Assembly (NCBI GenBank): GCA_025603075.1 | Contig: MU626317.1 | Location: 46,250-110,249 of the forward strand | Source: Neoconidiobolus thromboides FSU 785 | Lineage: Eukaryota; Fungi; Entomophthoromycota | Length of the DNA: 64,000 bases | Direction of reading: 5' to 3' | Part shown: one piece after another, positions 47,431 to 59,689 of the stretch | Numbering within the stretch: the first letter of the stretch is position 1 | Layout of the letters: the number at the start of each line of letters is the position of its first letter | Notes under the pieces: generated by a model | Told to the model about the DNA's origin: nothing | The model's input: only the letters and a program-made list of their open reading frames with translations | The model's database searches: none | Position numbers and translations under genes: made by a program

Positions 47431-49014
47431 TTAATGACCTGGGCCTCTACCTTCAATTGGCCATACATGTTCTACTTTACCACCTTTTACAGCAACTACA
47501 TAATCATGCTAAAAAAGAGATAATAAATAAACTTCATAAAGAAATAAAAGGAATTCAACTTACCATATTAAAAGTAGGGTCACAATGACCTGGAATCAAT
47601 TTAATAATTTGACCGAATTTATAAGCTTTTGGATTTTGAAACTTAGTTGTATTTTCATCTGGTACAATTTGACCATGCTCATCACCCTGTGATATATATC
47701 TTAATGGTTGTTCTCCTTTTTCAACTACTACTTTGGGGAGTCCGGAATCTAATGATAGTGATTTAAGGCCTGCATCTATAATGAGGCGTGGTGATACAGT
47801 AGTATCTGCTCTTTGTGATTGGATCTTGGAATAAATAAATAAACTATGTTCAAAAGAGTTCACTTTTTCTCCATAAGTAACATCATAATTATCAGCGTAA
47901 TCTAATCAATAGTAATAAATATAATGCATGAAATCAAATTGAAATATTAACTATTTACCAACGTCCATAAACAAATAAGATCCCTAGAGAAGACAGTTCA
48001 TTAATAAAATAAAGATAAAAGAATAAAAATGAATTCTATTACCACTTGAACTTCATGATAGATTCCAGTTTGAATTTCGAATTGAAAAGAACCTGTACCA
48101 CCACCAGTAATAGTATCAACATTAATATTATTTTCTTTTAATAGTTCAATACATTTTTCTAATTTTCCTTTTACTAAAGGACCTAAAACCGTATTTCTTC
48201 TTTCATCATAAGAACGTACATGCTGGTTACTTCCATTATAAGCATGTATTCCTTTAAAATGTAAACAAGGAATTTCATTAGCCAATTTAACAATCTCCAA
48301 TACTTCCTCTGGTTCATCAACACCACCACGATCTTGACCGACATTAACTTCTATGTAATAATTTAATTCCAATTCGGTATTCTCATAATGTTTTTTTAAT
48401 AATTTTATATGTTCTACATCATCTACGCAAACAGCTAATAATGGGTTCTCTTTCTTTTCCTTCATAGCTTGACTTAACTTAACTAATCTTTGCAATTTTT
48501 TATCAGATACAATAGAATTCGTGATTAATAAATCCCAACTCTCATCTTTCTTTGAGCCGTAAATTAAGCTCTCAGCTTCGGTTATTTTGGCACAACAGAT
48601 GCCACTGGCACCACCCAATTTTTTTTGAATAGAAGCAATACTGGGACATTTATGGGTCTTGAAATGAGGACGTATACGGATCGAGTGGTTAATTTTTTGA
48701 CTTTCTTCCTCAACTAATGATACCATTTTTTTTAAATTATTTTCAAATGCTTCAAGTTCAACTACTAATGCTGGCGTTTCAATATCTTCAATGGAATCAC
48801 CTACCTATTATTTTGTATTATTAGTTTTTGTAAAAGTGTTTAATTGAAATGAACTTGCCTTAGCTGGTGGACCTTGTCTGAATGATTGAGTTAAAGTCAT
48901 AATGTTGCTATTGTTGGTATTAATATTGCTATGAAATAGCTTACTAGGAAAAATCGGGTTTATATACTGAAATTTGGGTGCTTTTAAATGAGTTAGAATT
49001 TTGACTTGGAACAT
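47431..49014 (-). CDS. Fold-type III PLP enzyme, D-threonine aldolase / DSD1-like, multi-exon
   Basis: IETPALVV, RPHFKTHKC (PLP Lys), EVNVGQDRGGV, GIHAYNG, TGGGTG, SQGDEHG, LIPGHCDPTFNM, VWPIEGRGPGH*. Confidence 0.85.
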
Positions 49015-50535
49015 CTAATACTAATTTTAAAAAATTTCAACTGATGATGTATTGAAAATAGATTTAATTCATTGTTATTTGTTAAAATTCAAATTTAGCA
49101 TTAAATTCCAAGACTTTTGAATTTACTTTTTCAAATTCTTCTTACTATTTTCAATTCAAATAATTTTTTTAAATCAAAACTCTAAATATAGTCCAAGCTA
49201 AATCAATGAATAGTATCATTTGATATGAATTTAAATTTCTCAACGTTCACACTTTTTTGCCCTGTGATAGCAAGGTTCTGTCCTTGAACATATTTGTATA
49301 CTTACTCTAATATTTACTGCATCGTTATCTATGACTCATATCTAAACTCTTATCTATGAAAAATAGTGTTATATAATTGTATTTATTATGTCTATTTTGA
49401 CTATTAATAGCTTCAATTTTGATAAAAATCCGCTTATGATCTTTTAAATTACTATAAAATTTTATCTTTAAACTCATCCTAGAAACTAACTTTAATCAGC
49501 CTAGTATTTATATTAAATATTATTAGTTTATTTACAGTTTAAATCCTTATAAATTATTATGAATCTGTTTTAATTAAACTCGGTTCAAAATAATGATAGA
49601 TGGATCCTAACAACCATCTTCTTAATTTGAAACTTGAAAATTGGTACATTTTATAAAAGACATTAATCATCATAGTAAAAACGGTATTATCATGAAAGAA
49701 CACAATACAGCTAATCGATTTCATAAAAAAGTGTGAAGATTTTTTTAAATGATTCATTGCACTGATACTATCATGGCAATATTAAGATATCATTCATTAG
49801 TAATCGTTGATTAAATTTGATAGATTAATAAATTAAATGTTTCATTATAACTACAATTCATTGATTCTATAGTGACATTTAGTTTATAAGTCTATCAAAT
49901 TTAATGAATGATTATCAGCATGGATGATACAACTTAATAGATTAATGGTGCTAAAATCTAATATTTCCTTAACCCTTTGAATACCTATGTCATAAAAAAA
50001 ATTCTGTTTGATTAGATCATGATTTCCAATCAATTTTATACCAGCTAGATGATTTTTTTGAAACAATACCCGAAGGATTTGATTAAAATCGTGCAAGTAA
50101 TACTCGTTATAATTTAATTTAATTTACAAAAATTTAGATAATCTAACTCATCCACGTTAAGTAATTAAAGGGTTGATATTAATAAAAGAAGGTTGAAAGG
50201 TATAGTTTAGTAAGTTGTCACACTTTGTAAAAATTAACAGAAAAATTGAAGTACCCAAATTGATTTGGAATGACTGATTGGCTAATAAGGAAATTAAGCA
50301 GAGTGGAGTTTTATTTTTTAAAATGAATAAGGAGGATTTTAATTTTCATTATTGATAACTTATTAAGTCCTCCTTTTAATAATATTCGGTAAAATAATTT
50401 TTAATTTAAGCTACACACCTTTGAATGAAAGAAGAAAGTCTAGATAAACTACATCATTGAATTATGGGATTTGGATATTTTTATTTATAACTACCTTAAA
50501 TAGGTAGCATTTTAAATAAGCTAATAAATGTATAT

Positions 50536-50632
50536 GAGGGTGTTTTTTTGGTTTCCTCATTTTTCCATTTTTAAAGCACTATTTAAGTGGAAAAGTTGCT
50601 AGTAAAATTCTTAAACAAAAAAATACATCCCC
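50536..50632 (+). mobile_element. MITE copy 13
   Basis: GAGGGTG...CATCCCC; TSD ATAT/ATAT. Confidence 0.83.
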
Positions 50633-51582
50633 ATATATTGAGCTTAAGTAAAAGAACCATTTTTTGAAAGTTAACTAGAAGTAAATATAATAAATTTAAA
50701 TAATAGAACTATAATCATTTATCGATTTTATAAAGACAATGTCCACTTTAATGAAACATTAAAATCATATATCATATTTTTAATAATAGTAAATTTACTA
50801 CTTATCAATAAAGAATAAACAATAATATATAAAGCCTAGTTCATAAACGGTTTTATTATCCTATTTTAATAGTAATAATGAGGAATATGCATAGCATTTA
50901 GATACTAGTTTAGATTATTTCTCCTTACATTAACCTAACTGCCCTCTACTACTAATCGATTGAACCATTATTTTTTATACTACTAGTTCAATTTAAACAT
51001 GAATTGGGCATTTTCAACTTTGTATTTTCTAGATACAAAAATAGGAAAAATTATGATAATTAAATCTAGTAAATACAAAACAAAAAATGCTCAATTCATG
51101 TTTAAATCAGAGCAGTAGTATTAAAACTGAGTTTAATTTTATTTGTGTGTCCAATTTATAAAATAGTGGCATTTTCTAAGGTTAAAATTTTCAAATAATT
51201 GTTGTCAACACCCTCTAAGTTCCCAAATTGAAAGTTTAAACTGGGCACTATTAGTGTCATCTTTAATATTAAAGATAATTTTTTATTTCTTATAAATTTA
51301 TGTAGTCTTTAACTATTCTTTAACTAATAAATGCTATTATATTAAATCTCTTTATTCTTAATTAATAATAATGTTATAGTCAACTATAAATTTATTTAAA
51401 TGTTATTAAACATGGATTAATTAAATGTATTAGATAGGAGAGAAGGAAAGAATTAAACTAAATTCACATATCGGTAATAGTAAGAATGATAATAACAGAG
51501 TATTATTATATGAACAATGTAGATTTAAATCTCAAACCAAATAAAAATAGGTGAGTTTGAACTATTTAAAAGAAATTTACAT

Positions 51583-52248
51583 TTAAAATGAGTCCATTTT
51601 AACTTTCTCTGGGGTAAGAGTAACACGAATGGTATCTAATCGAGTACCGCAAGAACCAACATAACCTTCTTTTAAAATATCATCGAAATCGGAAGTACTA
51701 ATCATTGTTTTAAGTTTTTGACGATTGACTTTATCATCATAAAAGCATTCTACTTTTTGACTTCCATCCTTTCCAGTATTAACTTGTAAACCTACGTCCC
51801 ATGAACTACGAGTAGATTTTAATAATTCAACCCATGACATGGGTTCTTCTTCAATGATATTATCTTTCTTATTTCTTGAACTGATGACTAATTCATCAGT
51901 AGCTGAAATAGATACCCTTCTACCCCGAGTATTTACTTTACTTTGAGTAGCATGGTTTGTAAATAAAACACGAGAAGAGCTATGGTTATTTTGGTGTAAA
52001 CCTAAGCCTACATTTTTGACTCCTTTACCCCAATTTGCTACTTTTTTCCATACCGAAGATTTTGGATGATCATAGGAGCGGGAATTAATATTGTCAGTAT
52101 CCTTCGTAATCAAGTTGATGATGGAGGTTGAATAGCTTACATGAGATGGAGCAGGAGAGTTTGGTACAGAAACAGTATTACGATGTTCATTTGGAATGAA
52201 ACCAAGACGCGAGTGATCCGTTGAAATCCTTGCTGGAGTTTTACGCAT
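51583..52248 (-). CDS. Hypothetical protein (221 aa, Ser-rich)
   Basis: ATG-initiated ORF with GC content clearly above the flanks; no family recognised. Confidence 0.65.
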   Translation of the reverse strand: MRKTPARISTDHSRLGFIPNEHRNTVSVPNSPAPSHVSYSTSIINLITKDTDNINSRSYDHPKSSVWKKVANWGKGVKNVGLGLHQNNHSSSRVLFTNHATQSKVNTRGRRVSISATDELVISSRNKKDNIIEEEPMSWVELLKSTRSSWDVGLQVNTGKDGSQKVECFYDDKVNRQKLKTMISTSDFDDILKEGYVGSCGTRLDTIRVTLTPEKVKMDSF

Positions 52249-53794
52249 GAAAAATAATTATTTAAAAGAAAAGAAAATACAAAAAGAAATAATTCAAAAA
52301 ATGAAAGTTATTTTCTTATATCAAATGTAAAAAAGAGGGTTATTTAAAGTTGGAATCAATGAATTACTTGATATAGTTATTCCTACATTGGACATGTGGG
52401 TGCCATTATATTTCTGGTTAGCTAAAAATAGCAATACAAATAATTAAAAATAAAAACTGTTATTTAACCAATTGAATTTCAGTAAAACTATGTTCATGGA
52501 ATTTTATTTATATTGTAACTTATTATTATTGAAGTTGCTATTTATTATTAATGTATTGTCAATTCATTATTAAAATAAATAAGTGTTAAATTTAATGACA
52601 CTTATTCTTTAGTATATTTAAGGTAGTATTTTTAATTTGCTACAATCAACAAAAGAATAAACTAAGCTCATAATTTAATATTTATAAAGAGAACATAATA
52701 ACTTATAACACTTTACTAATATTATAAAATATAGAATACAAATACAAAATCATAATAATTTTAAGTTGGAATTGTTATTTGTCATCTTAAAGTCGAGTTT
52801 TTTTTGAAACAAAACAAAAGGTAGTAACAATCAGACAGGTTGAAATTTTGGCTTTACGTTTATTATACATATCACTTTGTATTAGCTATATAAACTAAAA
52901 ATTCAATTTAATAGATCTATATAATATTCTTATAGCTTAAATGCAAAAGGTGATAATTGATCTAATAATAGTTCGATATTTGATATATAAATGTAGTAAA
53001 TTAATATTATGTAATACGCAAATAGCTTTTGGTCTAAAATAGTAAAGTAGATCTAAATCAACTTATTACTTAAAAATGGCAATACTACATATGTAGTTGG
53101 GGATATTTTTGTAATGTAAATATTTATTATCAATACTTTATATCGGATAAAAGGATGGTCTAATAAATAAATAGTGTATAAAGAAACAAAATTATTCATT
53201 TAAATAAAGGAGTTTTCAATATTTTTTAAGATTATTTTTATGAACAAATAATTAATAAAAGTAAATTAGCAAATTAATGAACTATATTTAGATGTTTATT
53301 ACTTTAAAAATTATTATACTTGTTAAATTTATATAAAATGTAAGATTATTTATGAATCTAGTATATCATATGGACATGTCATTGTGGTATAAGTGAATTA
53401 ATACTTTTTCAATTTAATATGATTAAATCGAAAGAAACAATACACCATTTATATTTTGAAATAAAACTTCAAAGCTACACAGTACCTGTATTATATTACA
53501 ATAAGCTAAGCTTTTTTTACTAAGAGTTTGCCGTTTTAGTTAGATGTTTACATCAGAATGTTTCTTTATTTTAGAAATAACTCATTTAAATATTATTTTT
53601 GTTTATCTACAATTATTTACATAGTTGTTGAATTCACAACGTTACTTTGGACCACAATATTAAAAAAATTACAACAACATATATTATTGATAAAGTATTA
53701 TTATTGATTTTCGATATTATTAAATACTACATAAGTAAACTATTTGAATTTTAATTTAAAAAAACTCATTAAAATATAAACTAAATTAACATAA

Positions 53795-53891
53795 GGGGAT
53801 GTTTTTTTCGATTTCATTACTTTTCCATTTTTCAAGCACTATTTAAGCAGAAAATTGTTAGTAAAATTTTTAAATACAAAAATACATCTCC
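53795..53891 (+). mobile_element. MITE copy 14
   Basis: GGGGATG...CATCTCC; non-palindromic TSD ATAA/ATAA. Confidence 0.83.
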
Positions 53892-54848
53892 ATAATTTGT
53901 TTCAAAAAAAACTATTAATTTTATAATTAATATATAAACTAGCGATATGATGAAATCCACTAATTATATGATAACTCAATAAGCTTCATTTAATTCAATT
54001 TATTATAGCATACGAAAATCTATTAACTTTATTAAAGATTATCTTTAAAACAATGTAACTTTTTGATAAAGATGCAACTATTAATTTACTTTGGAATTAT
54101 AGATAGGGCTGTTATGTTTAATTTAATCTTGTTCTTGTAGTCCAAAATTTCTTGCACAAAGCTAAATCCTCTTTTCCTCATCATTTTCTTAACATCCACA
54201 TTCAGTTTTATTTTTCTGTTCTCATGAGAACACATGAGACCTAGTTCTTCGTAAGATTTTCGGTTTTTTTGTAACAACTCCCTTTTAAATAGGCATTACT
54301 TAAGGTGATAAATATTAGACTTTTGTTTTAGTGATAGATTCTTAAACATTGAGCTTTATTAATGAGCATTTGCTTCTATCTATTATAGTGATTGTTTTAC
54401 TTTTTATAAAACTAGAGCTATTAATTATTATTGTGATCCAATATATAATAATTTTTATGTGTCATAAACTTAAAATCAACTTTAATAAATTATTCCTTTG
54501 AATTGAATTTTACAACTTTAAACTATTTTTTCTCAGAAGATAACTTAGCTATAATACTGTAGTTGATATTATACAAAAATTATAGTATTTTTGCATTTAA
54601 AATTAAATGGTATTTTCGATTTTAATCAAAATATCATTCTTTCAAGTAAAATTAAACTTATCAAGTTTGACAAAATCTTTTGCTCGGTAGCAATTCAGCC
54701 AATAATTCCCTTCTTTCACGACTAAATAAAAAATAATTGGAAAAAAGAGTGTTATTACGTAACCGTTTTTTCTCATTTTATCAGACTAAGTTTAGATAAA
54801 AAACAATCATTTTATACTAGAACTCATTTTCAACTATAAATCCAAACA

Positions 54849-55391
54849 ATGTTATTAATAAGAAGACAATTAACAACGTTGATTAAGAAGAATACCAGAG
54901 GTTATTATCAAAAGATGGAGGATAAAAGTTATAAGGGATTATTTTATTATAAGCCAAATAAGGAGGATCCATTTTATGAATTAAGTTTTAAAGATTCGAA
55001 ACAAGACAAGCTAACAGAAACTGAAGTAATAGCTCATTATGTAAAAGAAATCGAACAGTTTGATCATTTATCATTAAATCCAACTAATTTTATAACGAAC
55101 AAATCGTTTTTATCTCACTTACATAAAGTTATTCAGAAGAATGTATTACTAGATGAGAGTTTAAAAAATTATGCTAGTTTTCAAAAAGAAGGCTGGATTC
55201 ATATTAACGATGAAAGAAATCCAGCTCCTTTTGGTAGAATTGCTGACACCGAAGATATCATTGGTAGTGTTTTGATTAAAGATTCTACGATTTTGCCGGA
55301 TACTTATCAACCTATGCCAAGTTACCGCTTATTTACTAAATCCCATGGGTTAATTCAATTGGCAGATTGCTATAAAAAAGAATTAATCTAG
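54849..55391 (+). CDS. Hypothetical protein (180 aa), possible mitochondrial presequence
   Basis: Arg-rich, acid-free N-terminus MLLIRRQLTTLIKK; globular-looking C-half GWIHINDERNPAPFGRIADTEDIIGSV; function not recognised. Confidence 0.7.
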   Translation: MLLIRRQLTTLIKKNTRGYYQKMEDKSYKGLFYYKPNKEDPFYELSFKDSKQDKLTETEVIAHYVKEIEQFDHLSLNPTNFITNKSFLSHLHKVIQKNVLLDESLKNYASFQKEGWIHINDERNPAPFGRIADTEDIIGSVLIKDSTILPDTYQPMPSYRLFTKSHGLIQLADCYKKELI

Positions 55392-56504
55392 TTTATATAG
55401 TGGATATAAATAGTATACAGTATCAATTTCATTTTTTTATTTTTATTTTTATTTTCAGTTTGCCTATTTTAGAAATCAATCCCATAAGCTCTATATTTTC
55501 AATTATATTCCGGGATTGCTTAAAATTGTTAACGGTGATTTGATGATTTCTTTATCATTCAATTTTTTTTCCTATTTAAATGAGTTAAATTACTTACTCA
55601 ACTTGAATAGTTAAATTACAAAAAAAATAGAGTAAACGTTTAAATTAGTTTGAGGTTGCTTGTCACTATATATTCTTATATAGGAATGGCCTGCTACCAT
55701 ATATGATTTTTACATTTCTCAAAATAAATTATAATAAATTTTTACAAATTGAAGTTAATTGTTTATAAAGTTTTAATATAACACTGATTTCTTTTTGTTT
55801 TTGTAAGGCTTGGTGCATTTTTAACTAACTATAGCTTCATTATTTGCTTTCTAATAGCTGATATTATATTTGAAATTCAGTAATTTTTATAATCTTATAA
55901 AACAACTCATTAACCAATACTACTGTCTTTTAATGCTTTTAATATGTAACATCACTTAAATTAAAGTATGGGAATTAAGTTCCTTATTTTACACAAGCTA
56001 ATAAAATATTTGAGCAATATATTGTATCATATTCTTGCTTCCATCAAAGAGCAATATTTATTGAAAATAGCCTGCTCTATAGGAAAACGACTTATCTTTA
56101 AACTCAATAAAAACTGAGAGGCTTATATTATAAGTGTAGCTATCAAAACCTTAATATATATTTGTTTTGATGTTGCTTCTTATGGTTTTCCATCTCTTAT
56201 TTTATCCATTTGTTTGTTTACTTCTTTTAGAAATGATGCACTATCAATTTGTAATTTTATATTTTAAAATCTTTTAACTTGAAATGAGTGGTTTCGTATT
56301 ATAGTAAATCTCACCATCACGCTAAGTAAATAAAATAAGACAGAAAGGGAGACGTATTATTTTAATTTCAATGTTTATCAAACTTTGTTGTATCAAATTG
56401 AATATATATATGAATGTTTGTTATTTTCATATTAAATTTAACTCTAAAAAAATTGCTCAACTTTAAAAATAAGCGTACAAATTGGTTCTTCACTTAAATC
56501 CATT

Positions 56505-56832
56505 TAATTCCGAACACAATTTTTTTTACTATTTGTAATTGTTCTATCTATAAATTTAATTGTCCTTATTAAATACTGCAAACTTTGTTCAATTATATAT
56601 ATATCATGGCTGTATTTAAGTAATAAAACAGTGATATGAATCTTTATTAATGATTGTATAATTTACAAATATCGATTTCTTTTAAAAGTTAATATCGTCA
56701 ATACACAATTTGATCTAGATGGCTTAAGAACAGAATAAAATCTATTTAGTTGAGCTTGTGCTTAACCAAACAGATTTTATTCTAAAATAATAAATTCTAT
56801 AAATCATTAGTACCATGGTGATGTTCATGAAA
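56505..56832 (+). promoter_or_regulatory. Conserved upstream blocks of the 7TM paralog at 56905, shared with 62110-62412
   Basis: TTAATTCCGAACA, AATTTGATCTA and AAATCATTAGTACCATG-N3-ATGTTCATGAAA occur in the same order upstream of both genes. A regulatory role is inferred. Confidence 0.45.
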
Positions 56833-56904
56833 CAATCAATATTTTAATTAAGATTCCTATTGAATAATATCATTTTCTTTCCTTTTACTTTGCTTTGTTT
56901 TTAA

Positions 56905-57807
56905 ATGATCAATGAGAATCCCTTTGGTAATGTGTCATCAACTATTGGTATAGTGTCCACGATCACCAATATCATACTTATTTATGTAGCAACGAAGATA
57001 AATGAGCCTAAAAGAGATTTAAAATTAGTGATATTAATAGCAGCTATTGAGCTTATGTCACCATTTATTTCAATATTTGATATAATTGCTACAATAATGA
57101 GAGAAGACGATGCAGTTAATGATCCTAAATTATGCCAATATTTAGGTTTTTCCACAGTCTTATTGATCTTATGCCAGTTTGTTGCTTCTGCTTTTCTAGC
57201 ATCGGAAAGGTTGAATGTTATTACTAAAATTAATTATATTAAATATATGATTATGCCAGGGATTTTGTCCTTAGTGTTTCACTTAATAATGACAATATAC
57301 TTAGCTATCAATTTCGAATTCCTTCCACAAACTGCAAAGTTGGTATGCTCAATATATCCAAAAACTTCAGTAGTATCAAGCATAGTATTTTATCATTTTA
57401 TTTTGATTTCATTTATAAGTATAATAATAATAATTGTATGCTATCTGAAATTAGCCCTTTACTTGAGCAATTATTCCCGATTTCTAACAATTGATATGTC
57501 AGAATCGAACTTTGACATAACAAAAAGGCACAAACAAAGGGCCTCGTCAAAAATTCATTACACAGTCTCTCTCTATTCCATCTGTATGTTTTTAGGGCTT
57601 ACTTCTAACGTACTCGATTCAATCTTTAATTATTTACAGATTCATTCCAATCTACAATATATTTTTGGCACAACTGCTACTATCTTGATTGTTCTGGGTT
57701 TCTTTTTCAACTCTATTTTAGTGCTTACAACACATACTCTGGTTAACCATGAGCTTATATTAAGGTGGAGAAAATTTTGTGATAAAATTTTAAATTTTAA
57801 TAAATAA
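56905..57807 (+). CDS. Intronless class-A-like 7TM receptor (300 aa), paralog 3
   Basis: MINENPFG, CQYLGF, LASERL; highly similar to 62484-63398. Confidence 0.75.
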   Translation: MINENPFGNVSSTIGIVSTITNIILIYVATKINEPKRDLKLVILIAAIELMSPFISIFDIIATIMREDDAVNDPKLCQYLGFSTVLLILCQFVASAFLASERLNVITKINYIKYMIMPGILSLVFHLIMTIYLAINFEFLPQTAKLVCSIYPKTSVVSSIVFYHFILISFISIIIIIVCYLKLALYLSNYSRFLTIDMSESNFDITKRHKQRASSKIHYTVSLYSICMFLGLTSNVLDSIFNYLQIHSNLQYIFGTTATILIVLGFFFNSILVLTTHTLVNHELILRWRKFCDKILNFNK

Positions 57808-59330
57808 AATCAATTGAACAGTAAGAAGCGATGTGTTTTAAAGTATATGATAATTATAGCACTAATAACAGATTAAAAATAAGGTAAACCTAACAAAATT
57901 TTGTTTTCAATTTCTCTGGTATCATTTATAGTAGTGAACATAAATCCGGTTTTATCAGCCACCTTATTTACAATTTATTATATTTATAAAAATATATTTT
58001 ATATTTTCTTCCAGTTTTTTTCGTAATTAGAAGCCAGGGTACTTATATCATCAGTATAATCATGAAAATCTTGCTATATTTTATTCTAATGCTTTTTCTC
58101 CTCATGGTTGTATTATTCTTTGTATAATTTATTTTAGTTTATTTATTTGCCCATTATATTGATTTTAATGAAGTATTATCAATTAGTTTAATATTCTAAA
58201 AATTAAATCTTTGGTTTGAAAATAGCGAGCTCACTAAGAAATTTTACTATTTCAAAAAACAGCATGTAAGAAACTAATATAGAAGGGAGTAAAATAGATA
58301 AACAATAAGCCAAGTGGTTGGTATTTATTAGGAATTTTCAGTCTAAATTGAAGCTATATACGGCTATTTATAATATTTGAAGATATTATATATGCTTTTA
58401 AAAGGATTGTTCTAATTTAAAAATAACCATAATTGGATTAGCTTCTCCCTTATAACTTGTTTTATTTTGAAAACAACTTTTTTACTCAATTGTAATTTTT
58501 GGTTTTTTGATAAGCGTGATTATTCTTATCAATATTTCGTATGTATGATTACCTCTATTAAAATTTCATAAACATTATCCTATTATTACAATATATAAAC
58601 ATGTCATGGCTGTTAGTAAATAAGTAAAGACAGCTAACCATATTATAAATATTATAATATTAAAGTTCTGATTTTATAGATATTCTAACTTGTTGTTTTA
58701 AAACACAATATTCCTAGGTACGACTTGATCTAGGTGACTTAAAGATAAAACAGCTGGTTTAGTATAGTATTGGTATGATGGTGGGATCCATAAAAATGAT
58801 AAGTATTTAAGCAAGGATAGCCATGAAGTAACAATTTCTCTTTTAATTTACATCATTTTATATGATCAAATTTTAAAATGATTAATGCAAATCTCTATGG
58901 CAATATATTAGAACCTATTGATTTAATATCCACAATTGTAAATATAATTCTTTTTTATATAGTAGTAAATATAAGTAGACTTATCCAAGATTTGAGGTTT
59001 GTTATGCTAATAGGAATAATCGAGCTTATGTCGCCTTTGATATCAATATCTGATATAATTGCTACAGTAATGAGAGAAGACGATACAGTCAATGTTCCTA
59101 AATTATGCCAATATTTAGGCTTATTTACAGTCTTATTGATCTTATGCCAGTTTATTGGATCTACTTCCTTAGTATCAGAGAGGCTAAATATTGCCACAGA
59201 AATCAACTATATTAAATGTACAATTATACCGGCAACATTGTCATTGGTATTTCATTTATTGATGACAACATATTTAGCAATTAAGTATGAATTTCTTCCA
59301 CAAACCTCAAAGTTGATGTGCTTAGTATAT

Positions 59331-59427
59331 GAGGATGTATTTTTTTGTTTAAGGATTTTACTCACAATCTTTTCACTCAAATAGCGCTTAAAAAATAAAA
59401 AGTAATGAAATCAAAAAAATCATCTCC
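59331..59427 (-). mobile_element. MITE copy 15 (inside the 7TM pseudogene)
   Basis: GAGGATG...CATCTCC; TSD ATAT/ATAT. Removing it plus one TSD restores GTA TAT CCT AAA (V-Y-P-K). Confidence 0.9.
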
Positions 59428-59590
59428 ATATCCTAAAGCTTCAGTAGTATCAAATATAGTGTTTTACCATTTTATTATCATCTCGTTTGTAAGTTTGACA
59501 ATAACAATAGTCTACTATATAAAGTTAGGCTTTTATCTAAGCAGCTATATTCAGTTTAACTATTAATGTTTCAGAATTAAGCCTTGATAT

Positions 59591-59689
59591 GGGGATGTAT
59601 TTTTTTGTTTAACAATTTTACTAACAATGTTTCCACTCAAATAGCGCTTAAAAGGTGGAAAAAGTAATGAAACCAAAAAAATCATCCTC
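59591..59689 (-). mobile_element. MITE copy 16 (inside the 7TM pseudogene)
   Basis: GGGGATG...CATCCTC; TSD ATAT/ATAT. Removing it plus one TSD restores CTT GAT ATG ACA (L-D-M-T). Confidence 0.9.

Noticed and set aside
49557-50096. Two short minus-strand ORFs (66 and 70 aa)
   Set aside because: No ATG context or consistent splice model, and no recognisable motif; possibly a gene relic but unsupported.
53097-53150. GGGGATATTTTTGT, a possible further MITE end
   Set aside because: No matching core or opposite TIR could be aligned; too degenerate to count.
54086-54277. 63-aa minus-strand ORF with elevated GC
   Set aside because: TTG start, no motif and no supporting exons; cannot be called.
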